Source: Arenicellales bacterium
Lineage (GTDB): Bacteria > Pseudomonadota > Gammaproteobacteria > Arenicellales > Poriferihabitantaceae
Direction: 5' to 3'
Length of the DNA stretch: 64,000 nt
Assembly: GCA_963693025.1 (NCBI GenBank)
Contig: OY843749.1
Coordinates: 712,719 to 776,718, forward strand
The notes under the pieces: generated by a model
The model's database searches: none
What the model was told of the DNA's origin: nothing
What the model saw: only the letters and a program-made list of their open reading frames with translations
Program-made: the position numbers and the translations under genes
Part shown: piece after piece, positions 20,620 through 30,286 of the stretch
Layout of the letters: the number at the start of each line of letters is the position of its first letter
Position numbering within the stretch: position 1 is the stretch's first letter

Positions 20620-21422
20620 TTTTTCTTGAATACCAGCAAATATTCGTGTTTGAAAATGTAAAATCCGCCGACCAATGCACGGTACCGCCACAAATTTTCC
20701 TGGTTTAACTTTGCACGATTGCCCGTCATGTTTTTTACCAATATGCTTTTTAGTATCAAGTCAGGTGCGCGTTTTAATGTTTCTTGCATCAAATTAAAAC
20801 CGAGTGGCACCCATTCGCTGTTGGTATATTTGTCGCCAATGACAACGGCAAGGTACCGCCCGGATGCCAGCAGGTCGATAAAATTTTCTATTACATCGCC
20901 AAATTTTTCGGCGAAACAATCAACACTTTCTATGTTGGATAAGTCTTTTTTGTCGTCACTAAACTTAATAATATTGTGATAAGGAGGATGCAAAATAATT
21001 AGATGCACTTGTTTTTTGTTGATTTTATTTAGCACTTTTGCCACTTTTGTTGTGGCGTAAGGGTTCGTGCTGTCAGCAACAATTACCGTGGATGAAACTC
21101 CACCACGGGCGGTTTCTTGTGTCACATTTCCTCGGGCAATTTTGGCAACTTCCGGATTTAACTCAACCCCGATTCCATGCCGGCCAAGCCGCCGTGCTTC
21201 TATCAGCGAAGTGCCATGCCCAAGAAATAAGTCCAATACCACATCGCCTTTTTTGGTAAACCGCCGCATGAGTTGATTGGGAATTTGCGGAATAAAATTC
21301 CCGTGATATGTATTGTTGTGCACACCGGATTTATCGCGTCCGCCCAGCAACCATAAACTATCGGTAAGAATGTCGTCGTATTGCTTCCATTCTTTTAAGT
21401 TTAAGTCATTTATCTTGGCCAT
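20616..21422 (-). CDS. N4/N6 DNA methyltransferase (motif I before motif IV), passenger between nuoE and nuoF
   Basis: HGNFIPQIP, VLDLFLGHGT (motif I), LHPPY (motif IV variant). The AGGAGG RBS lies inside the last nuoE codons. Confidence 0.85.
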   Translation of the reverse strand: MAKINDLNLKEWKQYDDILTDSLWLLGGRDKSGVHNNTYHGNFIPQIPNQLMRRFTKKGDVVLDLFLGHGTSLIEARRLGRHGIGVELNPEVAKIARGNVTQETARGGVSSTVIVADSTNPYATTKVAKVLNKINKKQVHLIILHPPYHNIIKFSDDKKDLSNIESVDCFAEKFGDVIENFIDLLASGRYLAVVIGDKYTNSEWVPLGFNLMQETLKRAPDLILKSILVKNMTGNRAKLNQENLWRYRALVGGFYIFKHEYLLVFKKK

Positions 21423-21427
21423 TTTTA

Positions 21428-21940
21428 TTAACCTCCTAACTCATCCAAAATTTCATTCACCCGCGTCGGGGTCAGGTCTTCGTAATAATCGCGCCCGATT
21501 TGCAACATCGGCGCGCCGGCGCAGGCGGCCAGGCATTCGGCTTCTTTGAGGGTAAATTGGCCGTCGGCGGTAGTTTCGCCGAAGCCGATGCCGAGTTTGG
21601 TTTTGAGGTGGGCGACGACTTCATCCGAGCCGCGCAGCATGCAGGAGATATTGGTGCACACCGAAATTTTGTGCTTGCCGACCGGCTTCAAGTCATACAT
21701 CGTGTAAAAAGTCGCCACCTCCCAGGCGCGCACCGGCGGCACGCCAATCACCCCGGCGACGCATTCAATCAACTCGGCGCTCAGCCAGCCGTGTTCATCC
21801 TGCGCGATGCGAAGCGCCGCCAACAACGCCGACTGGCGCTGGTCGGGCGGATACTTCGCCAGTTCGCGGTCGATTTCGGTGAGGGCGGCGGGGGATAGCA
21901 TGGTGGCGGGATGACTGAATCGGTTCGGGTGGTTGTTCAT
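21428..21940 (-). CDS. nuoE: NADH-quinone oxidoreductase subunit E
   Basis: VATFYTMY, VCTNISCMLRG, ECLAACAGAP 2Fe-2S ligands. Start at 21940 or 21901. Confidence 0.95.
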   Translation of the reverse strand: MNNHPNRFSHPATMLSPAALTEIDRELAKYPPDQRQSALLAALRIAQDEHGWLSAELIECVAGVIGVPPVRAWEVATFYTMYDLKPVGKHKISVCTNISCMLRGSDEVVAHLKTKLGIGFGETTADGQFTLKEAECLAACAGAPMLQIGRDYYEDLTPTRVNEILDELGG

Positions 21941-22017
21941 CCTGCGAGAACGGGTGTTGGGTGGGGAGTCCCCGCATTCGGAAAGGCGGCATCTGCGCGA
22001 TGTTTGCCGGTGACTGA

Positions 22018-22206
22018 CTAACTCGCCGGTATCTCGCCGGCCGCCTCCGCTTCTGCCTTTTCGCGTTTCGCTTTTGCTTCGTCCTCGCGGTCGCGGTCCA
22101 GTTGTTTGACAGCGAAATGTGCAAACACATACATAGATATCAAAGCGGCAATAAGGGAAAGGGGAACCGCTGCGATGAGGATGGAATACCAGAGCGAGTC
22201 GGTCAT
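22018..22206 (-). CDS. Small single-TM hypothetical protein (62 aa), passenger between nuoD and nuoE
   Basis: MTDSLWYSILIAAVPLSLIAALISMYVFAHF followed by a charged tail; ATGA overlap with the upstream ORF. Confidence 0.6.
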   Translation of the reverse strand: MTDSLWYSILIAAVPLSLIAALISMYVFAHFAVKQLDRDREDEAKAKREKAEAEAAGEIPAS

Positions 22207-22481
22207 GACGATTTCTCCTTGTGGTTGATGAGGTGCCAAATTTTTGCGAGCAAGCCGAAGAATAACACAAGCGACACGAAAAATAAAACAGCCCCCCACC
22301 CGAACATGCTGATGCCGGTCGTCTGCAATGCGATGTCGATGCCGGCTGCCGGCGATTCCGGGGCGCGCTGCATCAGCAACAAGCCGGCGATGCCGCCGCC
22401 AACCACAAGCACAGTGGCAAACGCCCCCATCATCAAGCGCGAGAGTAGCGTGATGACCTCTTTTTCTTCGTCGGTCAGCAC
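22203..22481 (-). CDS. Small two-TM hypothetical protein (92 aa), passenger between nuoD and nuoE
   Basis: GTG start 13 nt after the nuoD stop; two hydrophobic segments. Confidence 0.6.
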   Translation of the reverse strand: MLTDEEKEVITLLSRLMMGAFATVLVVGGGIAGLLLMQRAPESPAAGIDIALQTTGISMFGWGAVLFFVSLVLFFGLLAKIWHLINHKEKSS

Positions 22482-22494
22482 CGCTTAAACTGCC

Positions 22495-23748
22495 TCACCG
22501 GTCAATCTCCCCAAACACAATATCCTGCGAGCCGATGATGGCGACCATGTCGGCCAGCATGTGGCCCTTGGACATTTCGTTGAGTGCGGCTAGGTGGGCG
22601 AAACCGGGGGCGCGGATTTTGCAGCGGTAGGGTTTGTTGGCGCCGTCGGACACTAAGTAGATGCCGAACTCGCCCTTCGGATGTTCGATGGCGGCGTAGG
22701 CTTCGCCGGCGGGGATGCAATACCCCTCGGTGAACAATTTGAAATGGTGAATCAGCGATTCCATGTCGCCCTTCATCGCCTCGCGCGAAGGCGGCGCGAG
22801 TTTGCCGTCGTCGGTCATCACGGGTCCGGGGTTGGCGCGCAACCATTCGATGCACTGGCGGATGATTCGGTTGGACTGGCGCATCTCCTCGACGCGCACC
22901 AGGTAGCGGTCGTAACTGTCGCCGTTGACGCCGACCGGGATGTCGAAATCCATTTGCTCATACACCGCGTAGGGTTGCTTCTTGCGCAAATCCCATTCCA
23001 CCCCGGAGCCGCGCAACATCGGACCCGAAAATCCCAGCGCCATGGCGCGCTCCTTTGACACCACGCCGATGTCCACGGTGCGCTGCTTCCAGATGCGGTT
23101 GTCGGAGAGCAGGGTTTCATACTCGTCCACATAACCCGGAAAACGCTCGGTGAAGGCTTCGATGAAATCGAGCAGCGAGCCTTCGCGGTCGGCGTTGCGC
23201 TCGCGCGTCTGCGCCTCGTCAAAGCGCTCGTTGACGGCGTGTTGGGGCATGGCGTCGGGCAGGTCGCGGTACACGCCGCCGGGGCGGTAATAAGTCGCAT
23301 GCATGCGCGCGCCGCTGACCGCTTCGTAGCAGTCCATCAGGTCTTCGCGCTCGCGGAAGCAATACAAAAACACCGTCATCGCGCCGACATCCAACGCATG
23401 CGCGCCGAGCCACAAGCAGTGGTTGAGAATGCGCGTAATCTCGTCGAACATCACGCGGATATACTGCGCGCGCAACGGCGGCGTGACGCCAATCAGTTTT
23501 TCGATGGCGAGCACGTAGGCGTGTTCATTGCACATCATCGAAACATAATCCAGCCGGTCCATATAACCGATGCTCTGGTTATACGGCTTGGACTCGGCCA
23601 GCTTCTCGGTGGCGCGATGCAGCAACCCGATATGCGGGTCGCAACGCTCAATGACCTCGCCGTCCATCTCCATAATCACCCTGAGCACACCGTGCGCGGC
23701 GGGATGCTGCGGTCCGAAGTTCATGGTGTAGTTGCGGATTTCAGGCAT
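22495..23748 (-). CDS. nuoD: NADH-quinone oxidoreductase subunit D
   Basis: [46 protein letters not shown]. Confidence 0.97.
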   Translation of the reverse strand: MPEIRNYTMNFGPQHPAAHGVLRVIMEMDGEVIERCDPHIGLLHRATEKLAESKPYNQSIGYMDRLDYVSMMCNEHAYVLAIEKLIGVTPPLRAQYIRVMFDEITRILNHCLWLGAHALDVGAMTVFLYCFREREDLMDCYEAVSGARMHATYYRPGGVYRDLPDAMPQHAVNERFDEAQTRERNADREGSLLDFIEAFTERFPGYVDEYETLLSDNRIWKQRTVDIGVVSKERAMALGFSGPMLRGSGVEWDLRKKQPYAVYEQMDFDIPVGVNGDSYDRYLVRVEEMRQSNRIIRQCIEWLRANPGPVMTDDGKLAPPSREAMKGDMESLIHHFKLFTEGYCIPAGEAYAAIEHPKGEFGIYLVSDGANKPYRCKIRAPGFAHLAALNEMSKGHMLADMVAIIGSQDIVFGEIDR

Positions 23749-23765
23749 TGTTAATCGCTTGGTTT

Positions 23766-24224
23766 TTAATCGCCGTCGCCACGACCGATTTTGTTCCACG
23801 CTTCTTTGAATTCATCTTTCTCGTAAGTATCAGGCCGCTTCGGATTCCTACGCCTCTGCGCCTCCAACCAGTATGCGCGCTGGCCGCCCTTGTCCCGGAC
23901 GGCATTATCTTCGACCTCTTTGGCGGTCATAACAAATGCGCTTGGCTCATCCTCTGCCACGGCGTTGGTCAGAACGATCCAGAAGTCGCCCATGACTTTT
24001 TCAAGCGAAGTGCCAATAGAAACCGCGTTTTTCCCGGACAAGGTTTTCACTTGAATGCCAAGCATTCTTTTGCCGGTTTGGTTATACGCCACGATATCAA
24101 TCCCCTTTGCGTTGCGCGCGGTCGGCATCACATTCCAGCCCAGCAGTGAAAGTTTGTAGCAAGCGTAATATAGCCCTACATTGCCGACGATTTGCGAGGA
24201 CAGTTTGTGTGGTGTCTTCTTCAT
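23766..24224 (-). CDS. Small PD-(D/E)XK-type putative nuclease (152 aa), passenger between nuoC and nuoD
   Basis: [12 protein letters not shown]...KGIDIVA...GIQVKT pattern; ATG overlaps the nuoC stop (ATGA). Confidence 0.65.
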   Translation of the reverse strand: MKKTPHKLSSQIVGNVGLYYACYKLSLLGWNVMPTARNAKGIDIVAYNQTGKRMLGIQVKTLSGKNAVSIGTSLEKVMGDFWIVLTNAVAEDEPSAFVMTAKEVEDNAVRDKGGQRAYWLEAQRRRNPKRPDTYEKDEFKEAWNKIGRGDGD

Positions 24225-24829
24225 TTTTCCGCGCCGCCCCCAACCGCCTTCCCAATCGTACGCGGCACCAACACACGCGGCTCAATCGTCACCGGCTGAT
24301 AAATCACCCGCCCCTGCTCCTCGTCGTAGCGCATTTCCACCTGTCCGGAGAGCGGGAAATCCTTGCGGAACGGGTGGCCGATGAAGCCGTAGTCGGTGAG
24401 CAGGCGGCGCAGGTCGGGGTGGCCGTCGAAGAGGATGCCGAACAGGTCGAAGGCTTCGCGTTCATACCAGTTGGCAGCCGCCCATATTTCCACCACCGAA
24501 TCCACCGTCGGCGGATTGGCGTCGTCGTCGAGCGCAACCCGCAGGCGCAACCGCGCATTGTTGTGCAGCGACAGCAAATGATAGACCACCGCAAACCGCC
24601 CGCCCGCCCACGCACCGCCCCCTTCGGCGCCCCAACTCGAATAATCAACCCCGCACAAATCGATCAACGACTCAAAGCGAGTCGCCGGGTCATCCCTCAA
24701 CAACGCACAAACTTCCTTAATCCGCCCCGGCGCAATCTCGCAAGTCACCTCGCCCAACGCAACCGACTGCGAAAGCAACGCATCGCCCAGTAGGTCGGGC
24801 AAGCGGTCGTTGAGTTGGGATGGGTTCAT
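24221..24829 (-). CDS. nuoC: NADH-quinone oxidoreductase subunit C
   Basis: [50 protein letters not shown]. Start 24829 overlaps the upstream MTase stop. Confidence 0.96.
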   Translation of the reverse strand: MNPSQLNDRLPDLLGDALLSQSVALGEVTCEIAPGRIKEVCALLRDDPATRFESLIDLCGVDYSSWGAEGGGAWAGGRFAVVYHLLSLHNNARLRLRVALDDDANPPTVDSVVEIWAAANWYEREAFDLFGILFDGHPDLRRLLTDYGFIGHPFRKDFPLSGQVEMRYDEEQGRVIYQPVTIEPRVLVPRTIGKAVGGGAEK

Positions 24830-26439
24830 GCGATACACCGCTGAAAGATGCCGGGCGCTTCGGAAACCATTAGGTCTTCTTGCAATGGCTGACCGGTGCG
24901 GGGATGGGCGAGTGGTGGCAGGTTTGGCCTGATGCCGGTGAAGTGCTCTTCGACCGACCACATCACCAGGCGGTTGAATTCGCTCGCGCCTTGTTTCAGT
25001 GTGCCGGCGTCGGCGATGCATTTTTTAACCGTTGTCGTGTTCCATTTTTTTAGCGTGATGAACACGCCGACCGACGCGTATCCACCGGTGAGTTGGCTGG
25101 TGAATGCGCGAATTGAATCGGCGCTTGGCGTGCCGCCTTTTACTTGGGCGATGCAAATTCCGTCCTCGTCTTTCGGCGTGCTTAACAACCCCGCCCAGCC
25201 GTCGATGCCGCCGTCGCCGACTTGCTTGTTGTTGGCAACGAAACCGGGGATGCGGTGAATCGCCCACTTCTCAAACGCGAACGGTTGATTGGCCGCCATG
25301 TGAATCGCCGTTTGCATGTCGGTCGGCACGCCGTCTATTTTGAACGTCACGTTTTGCAGCCGCTCTTTTTGTATCACGTCCAGCGCATACATCGAAATGT
25401 CAATGCCGATAAAGTCGCGCTTCAACTTCATCGCCGCTTCCACGGTCGTGCCACAACCGCAAAACGGGTCAAACACCACATCGCCTTTGTCGGACGAGGC
25501 TTTGATGATGCGCTCCAGCAAGGCAAGCGGCTTTTGCGTGGGGTAGCCCAGATTTTCGCCTTTCCCCCGCACGGCATTGATGTCCGTCCACATATCCTGA
25601 ATCGGAACGCCTTCCGCATCATCAAGGTATTTCTTATACCGAAAGGGGCTGGTTGGTGTGGATTGAACCAGTAAACCATCATCAAACTTTTTTTGCATAT
25701 TGGCTTTGGTAAACCGCCACGCTCGGGTGATTCCATGAAATTCGTAAGGCTTGTTTCCGCCCGCTTCATTCGTGCACGGCACCGTTCTATATCTGCCTTT
25801 TTTATCTTCGTGTTTATATGCATTATCCATATACTCATGTGAATACTCGGTAAACTGCTTGTTGTATTTTGTGCCGCTCGATTTTGCATACCATAAAATC
25901 ACATCGTGCACTCTGCCCATTTGTTTGGTTGCCAAATTGTGCGTGTCCTGTTTTCTTTTCCAAACGATTTCATTGCGAAAGTTATTCACCCCGAACACTC
26001 CATCGAGAATCATCTTCAAGTAATGCGAAGCGGTCGGGTCGCAATGCAGATAAAGGCTGCCGGTGTCTTTCAGTGTGCGGTGCATCTCGTTGATGCGGTC
26101 GGCCATATACACCAAATAAGCGAGCATGCCGGTGCCGCTTTCATAAAACGAATCCAGTGCGAGAACCGCCTTGCGGGCGCGATAATCAACCGCTTTTTTA
26201 ATTTCGGCGATGCGCTCGGCGGTTTTCTCGCTCCACTCCCACGTGTCGGTGAACGCAACCATTTGCGCGAGGTCTTTGCGCCTGACCGTGTCGGTTTTGG
26301 TTTTCTTATTGCCGAATAAAATGTTGTAATCGGCGTTGGAGTTAAACGGTGGGTCGAGATAAATCAAGTCAACGCAATCATCGGGCCAAGCCCGCATCAC
26401 TTCCAGACAATCGCCGTAGTAAAGCGTGTTTCGTTTCAT
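24826..26439 (-). CDS. N4/N6 DNA methyltransferase (beta-type order) with C-terminal Mrr-like domain, passenger between nuoB and nuoC
   Basis: [36 protein letters not shown]...QVKGG. ATGA overlaps at both ends; paralog of 12557-13990. Confidence 0.92.
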   Translation of the reverse strand: MKRNTLYYGDCLEVMRAWPDDCVDLIYLDPPFNSNADYNILFGNKKTKTDTVRRKDLAQMVAFTDTWEWSEKTAERIAEIKKAVDYRARKAVLALDSFYESGTGMLAYLVYMADRINEMHRTLKDTGSLYLHCDPTASHYLKMILDGVFGVNNFRNEIVWKRKQDTHNLATKQMGRVHDVILWYAKSSGTKYNKQFTEYSHEYMDNAYKHEDKKGRYRTVPCTNEAGGNKPYEFHGITRAWRFTKANMQKKFDDGLLVQSTPTSPFRYKKYLDDAEGVPIQDMWTDINAVRGKGENLGYPTQKPLALLERIIKASSDKGDVVFDPFCGCGTTVEAAMKLKRDFIGIDISMYALDVIQKERLQNVTFKIDGVPTDMQTAIHMAANQPFAFEKWAIHRIPGFVANNKQVGDGGIDGWAGLLSTPKDEDGICIAQVKGGTPSADSIRAFTSQLTGGYASVGVFITLKKWNTTTVKKCIADAGTLKQGASEFNRLVMWSVEEHFTGIRPNLPPLAHPRTGQPLQEDLMVSEAPGIFQRCIA

Positions 26440-26936
26440 GCGGGCGACACTGGGGACGCAGTGCGCGCAATCGTATTAGTCTTCTTAATCTTCTTCTGCA
26501 ACTGCAAAATCCCGTAAATCAGCGCCTCGGCGGTGGGTGGGCAGCCGGGGACGTAGACGTCCACCGGCACGATGCGGTCGCAGCCGCGCACCACCGAGTA
26601 GGAGTAGTGGTAGTAGCCGCCGCCGTTGGCGCACGAGCCCATGGAGATGACCCATCTGGGCTCGGGCATTTGGTCGTATACGCGGCGCAGCGCCGGCGCC
26701 ATTTTGTTGGTCAGCGTGCCGGCGACTATCATCACGTCGGACTGCCGCGGGCTGGGGCGGAAGAGGATGCCGAAGCGGTCGAGGTCGTAGCGCGACGCGC
26801 CCGCTTGCATCATTTCCACGGCGCAACAGGCGAGGCCGAAAGACATCGGCCACATCGAGCCGGTGCGCGCCCAGTTGATTAACTCATCCAGTTTCGCCGT
26901 GGCAAAACCTTCCCGCAAGGTTCCTTCGAGAGCCAT
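26436..26936 (-). CDS. nuoB: NADH-quinone oxidoreductase subunit B
   Basis: [39 protein letters not shown]. Confidence 0.97.
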   Translation of the reverse strand: MALEGTLREGFATAKLDELINWARTGSMWPMSFGLACCAVEMMQAGASRYDLDRFGILFRPSPRQSDVMIVAGTLTNKMAPALRRVYDQMPEPRWVISMGSCANGGGYYHYSYSVVRGCDRIVPVDVYVPGCPPTAEALIYGILQLQKKIKKTNTIARTASPVSPA

Positions 26937-26942
26937 GTTAGA

Positions 26943-27299
26943 TTACTCCCACTCGAGCGCCCCTTTTCGCCATTCGTAGATGAAGCCGACCACCAGAACG
27001 GCGAGGAAAATCATCATCGCCCAGAAGCCGAACGCGCCGATTTCATCGAGCACGATGGCCCAGGGAAAGAGAAACGCAATCTCAAGATCAAAAATAATGA
27101 ACAGAATCGCCACCAGATAGTAGCGCACATCGAATTTCATCCGCGAATCCTCGAACGCCTCAAAGCCGCATTCGTAGGGGGACAGTTTGTCGTCATACGG
27201 CTTGTGCGGCGCAAGCACTTTGCCGGCGCTGATGGCGACGATGCCGACGCCCAAGCCGACCGCGATAAAAAGCAGGATTGGAAAATAGTTGGCTAGCAT
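26943..27299 (-). CDS. nuoA: NADH-quinone oxidoreductase subunit A
   Basis: [44 protein letters not shown]. Confidence 0.96.
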   Translation of the reverse strand: MLANYFPILLFIAVGLGVGIVAISAGKVLAPHKPYDDKLSPYECGFEAFEDSRMKFDVRYYLVAILFIIFDLEIAFLFPWAIVLDEIGAFGFWAMMIFLAVLVVGFIYEWRKGALEWE

Positions 27300-27432
27300 A
27301 TGACTCAAGGCTCCCCCGGCGGCGCGGCGCCGGCAAAACAACGGCGTTTCAATCGAGCAAGTCTATTTCCCGACGGCGTTTCAGTCAAGGACTTGTTTGC
27401 GGCGCAACCCCGGTGAAAACGCCCGCCCGCCC

Positions 27433-29547
27433 TCACAACGCCACCCGCTTGAGCCGCAGCGCATTGGCGATGACCGACACCGAACTGGCGCTCATCGCGG
27501 CGGCGGCGAGCATCGGGTTCAGCAGCAGGCCGAATGCCGGATACAGCGCGCCGGCGGCGATTGGCACGCCGAGGCTGTTGTAGGCGAACGCGAACAGCAG
27601 GTTCTGGCGGATGTTTTTCATCGCCGCCCGGCTGAGGCGACGCGCGCGCACGATGCCGTGCAGGTCGCCTTTCACCAGCGTGATGCCGGCGCTTTGCAAC
27701 GCCACATCGGCGCCCGTGCCCATGGCGATGCCGGCGTGCGCCTGCGCCAGCGCCGGGGCGTCGTTGATGCCGTCGCCCGCCATCGCCACGACATGCCCGT
27801 CGGCCTGCAAGCGCTTGATGTGGTCGGCTTTCTGCCCCGGCAACACGCCGGCGACCATCTCGTCGATGCCAACGATGCGCCCGACCGCGCGCGCGGTGGT
27901 CTCGTTGTCGCCGGTCAGCATGAGGATGCGCAGCCCCTCGTTGCGCAACGCCGCGATGGCCGCCGCCGCGCTCGGTTTGACCGGGTCCGCCACGCCGAGC
28001 ACGCCCGCGAGCGCGCCGTCCGCGCAGACGTATATCACGGTCTGCCCGCCCGTCCGCAGTTGCTCGCTTTGCCGTTGCGCCGCCGCGGAAATCTCGACGC
28101 CCAGTTGCGCCAGCAGCGCGCCGTTGCCGAGACCGACCGATGCGCCGTCCACCACGCCGGTCACGCCCTTGCCCGCGACCGCCTGAAACGCTTCCGCCGA
28201 GCCCGGCTGAATGCCGCGCGCCAACGCGCCGTCCACCACCGCCGCCGCCAGCGGATGCTCGCTGCCGCGCTCCAGCGTCGCCGCCCAATACAACAGTTGT
28301 GCGGTGTCGGCGCCGGTGTCCGCCGCCGCCGTCACCGAAACCAGTTTCGGCGCGCCTTCGGTTAGCGTGCCGGTTTTGTCGAGCACCAGCGTATCGACCT
28401 TGCGCAGCGTTTCAATCATTTCGGCATTCCTGAACAGCACCCCGGCGCGCGCGCCCCTGCCGGCGGCGACCCGAATCGACATCGGCGTGGCGAGCCCGAG
28501 CGCGCACGGGCAGGCGATAATCAGCACCGCCACGGCGTTGACCGTGGCGTAGGCGATGACCGGTTCGGGACCCCACAACGCCCACGCGACAAAGGCGGCG
28601 AGCGCCACCACCAGCACCGCCGGAACGAAGCGCCCGGCGACCGAGTCGGCGAGTTGCTGCACCGGCGCGCGGCTGCGTTGCGCCTCGGCGACGCGTTGCG
28701 TGATTTGCGCAAGCAGCGTCTCACCGCCGACCCGCCGCGCCTCGATAATCAGCCCGCCGGTGCCGTTGAGCGTCGCCCCGATGATAGGGTCGCCCGCCGA
28801 CTTGCTCACCGGCGCCGGCTCGCCGGTAATCATCGATTCGTCCACCGCGCTTTCCCCGGAGACGACCACGCCATCGACCGGCGCCTTCTCGCCGGGCCTG
28901 AGTCGCAGGCGGTCGCCGACGCGGATTTCGCCGAGCGGCAGGTCGCGCTCACTGCCGTCGGGGTCGATGCGCCGGGCGGCGCTGGGCGCCAGCCCGAGCA
29001 ACGCCGCGATGGCGGCGCCGGCGCTGCTGCGCGCGCGCAACTCCAGCACCTGGCCGAGCAACGCCAGCGTGATGATGACGGCGGCGGCTTCAAAATAAAC
29101 CGCCACTGCGCCGGTATCACCGTGCAGGGGGCGCGGGAACATCTCTGGGACGAGCGTCGCCGCCAGGCTGTACGCATACGCGATGCCGGTGCCCAGGGCG
29201 ATGAGGGTGAACATGTTCAGGTTGCGGCTGGTCACGGAGCGCCAGCCGCGCGCAAAAAACGGCCACCCGCCCCACAGCACGACCGGCGTGGCAAGCGTCA
29301 GTTGCAACCACGCCCCCAAGCCATCGCCCGCGAAAAGACCGCTCATGGCGATGACCACCAGCGGCAATGACAACGCCGCGCTGATATACAACCGCCGTGT
29401 CATGTCAGCCAACTCAGGGTCGTCGCCATCCCCCGGTTGCACAACCTCCGGCTCAAGCGCCATCCCACACAACGGACAAGCCCCCGGCGCATCCTCGCGG
29501 ACTTCCGCGTCCATCGGACAAATATAAACACCGCCCGCAACCATCAA
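27433..29547 (-). CDS. copA: Copper-translocating P1B-type ATPase
   Basis: N-terminal CPM...[51 protein letters not shown] and MSASS. Confidence 0.9.
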   Translation of the reverse strand: MMVAGGVYICPMDAEVREDAPGACPLCGMALEPEVVQPGDGDDPELADMTRRLYISAALSLPLVVIAMSGLFAGDGLGAWLQLTLATPVVLWGGWPFFARGWRSVTSRNLNMFTLIALGTGIAYAYSLAATLVPEMFPRPLHGDTGAVAVYFEAAAVIITLALLGQVLELRARSSAGAAIAALLGLAPSAARRIDPDGSERDLPLGEIRVGDRLRLRPGEKAPVDGVVVSGESAVDESMITGEPAPVSKSAGDPIIGATLNGTGGLIIEARRVGGETLLAQITQRVAEAQRSRAPVQQLADSVAGRFVPAVLVVALAAFVAWALWGPEPVIAYATVNAVAVLIIACPCALGLATPMSIRVAAGRGARAGVLFRNAEMIETLRKVDTLVLDKTGTLTEGAPKLVSVTAAADTGADTAQLLYWAATLERGSEHPLAAAVVDGALARGIQPGSAEAFQAVAGKGVTGVVDGASVGLGNGALLAQLGVEISAAAQRQSEQLRTGGQTVIYVCADGALAGVLGVADPVKPSAAAAIAALRNEGLRILMLTGDNETTARAVGRIVGIDEMVAGVLPGQKADHIKRLQADGHVVAMAGDGINDAPALAQAHAGIAMGTGADVALQSAGITLVKGDLHGIVRARRLSRAAMKNIRQNLLFAFAYNSLGVPIAAGALYPAFGLLLNPMLAAAAMSASSVSVIANALRLKRVAL

Positions 29548-29676
29548 AGCACACCGCCGAGGCGCACCGCCTTAATAAACAGACAAATCACATTCATACT
29601 CGCGCATAGGGTTATTCATCAATGCCGCAGTATACCAACACACCACTCCCATCTTGGGGGCAAATAAAAACAATGC

Positions 29677-30212
29677 CTCGTCATAACAACTCCTCGTCAT
29701 TGTTTGTATCATCCCTGATACAAACCCTTCGGGCTTACGCGAAAATCCGCTCCCGGCGGATTTTTCTCGAACGGTAGAAAATAGGGAGCCCCCACAACTC
29801 GTCATTCTCGAATGATAGAAAAATAGGGAGCGCCAGCGACCATATTTTTCATCACCTTCGGGAATCTCCCTAAGGCTACCGTGAATTTCAACAAAGCCCG
29901 TGCCAACCTGAGGGAGATTCCCGAGGACGCAAGTGTCCGTAAGCCGCCGCTTAAAAGAAAAAGCGCGGCGGCAACGGACACTAACGCTCGAGAATGACGA
30001 GTTATAAATACCCGTCATTCTCGAACGGTAGAAAATAGGGAGCCGACAGGCGACCATATTTTCTTCGATTCGGGAATCTCCCTAAGGCTACCGTGAATTT
30101 CAACAAAGCCCGTGCCAGTCTTAGGGAGATTCCCGAGGACGCAAGTGTCCGTAAGCCGCCGCTTAAAAGAAAAAGCGCGGCGGCAACGGACACTAACGCT
30201 CGAGAATGACGA
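29677..30212. repeat. Cluster 2 of the ~200-bp repeat: tri-hairpin insert in a terminal fragment, then two tandem full copies (29798-30001, 30012-30212)
   Basis: Reverse-orientation copies joined by the spacer TTATAAATACC; CTCGTCAT reiterated at 29677 and 29693. Confidence 0.93.
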
Positions 30213-30286
30213 AGTGGTTGTGAATGCCGCCTACGCAGTGGCGCTTTTGGGGGCGCTTGACGATTAGATTTGCGCCCTTTACTCAA

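Noticed and set aside
12077-26439. Integron cassette array or prophage explanation for the nuo passengers
   Set aside because: No integrase, no attC-like GTTRRRY/RYYYAAC pairs at the junctions, and no phage structural genes.
27300-27432. tRNA-Leu/secG expected upstream of nuoA
   Set aside because: No cloverleaf, T-loop (GTTCRA) or CCA pattern found; copA lies directly upstream instead.
29572-30286. ORFs read through the 200-bp repeat (e.g. 29572-30057, 30002-30286, 38275-38689, 43505-43762, 45805-46374, 63247-63441)
   Set aside because: They are translations of the same repeat in different frames, and all copies here are intergenic. One frame is open across a unit, but there is no evidence of in-frame coding insertion in this window.
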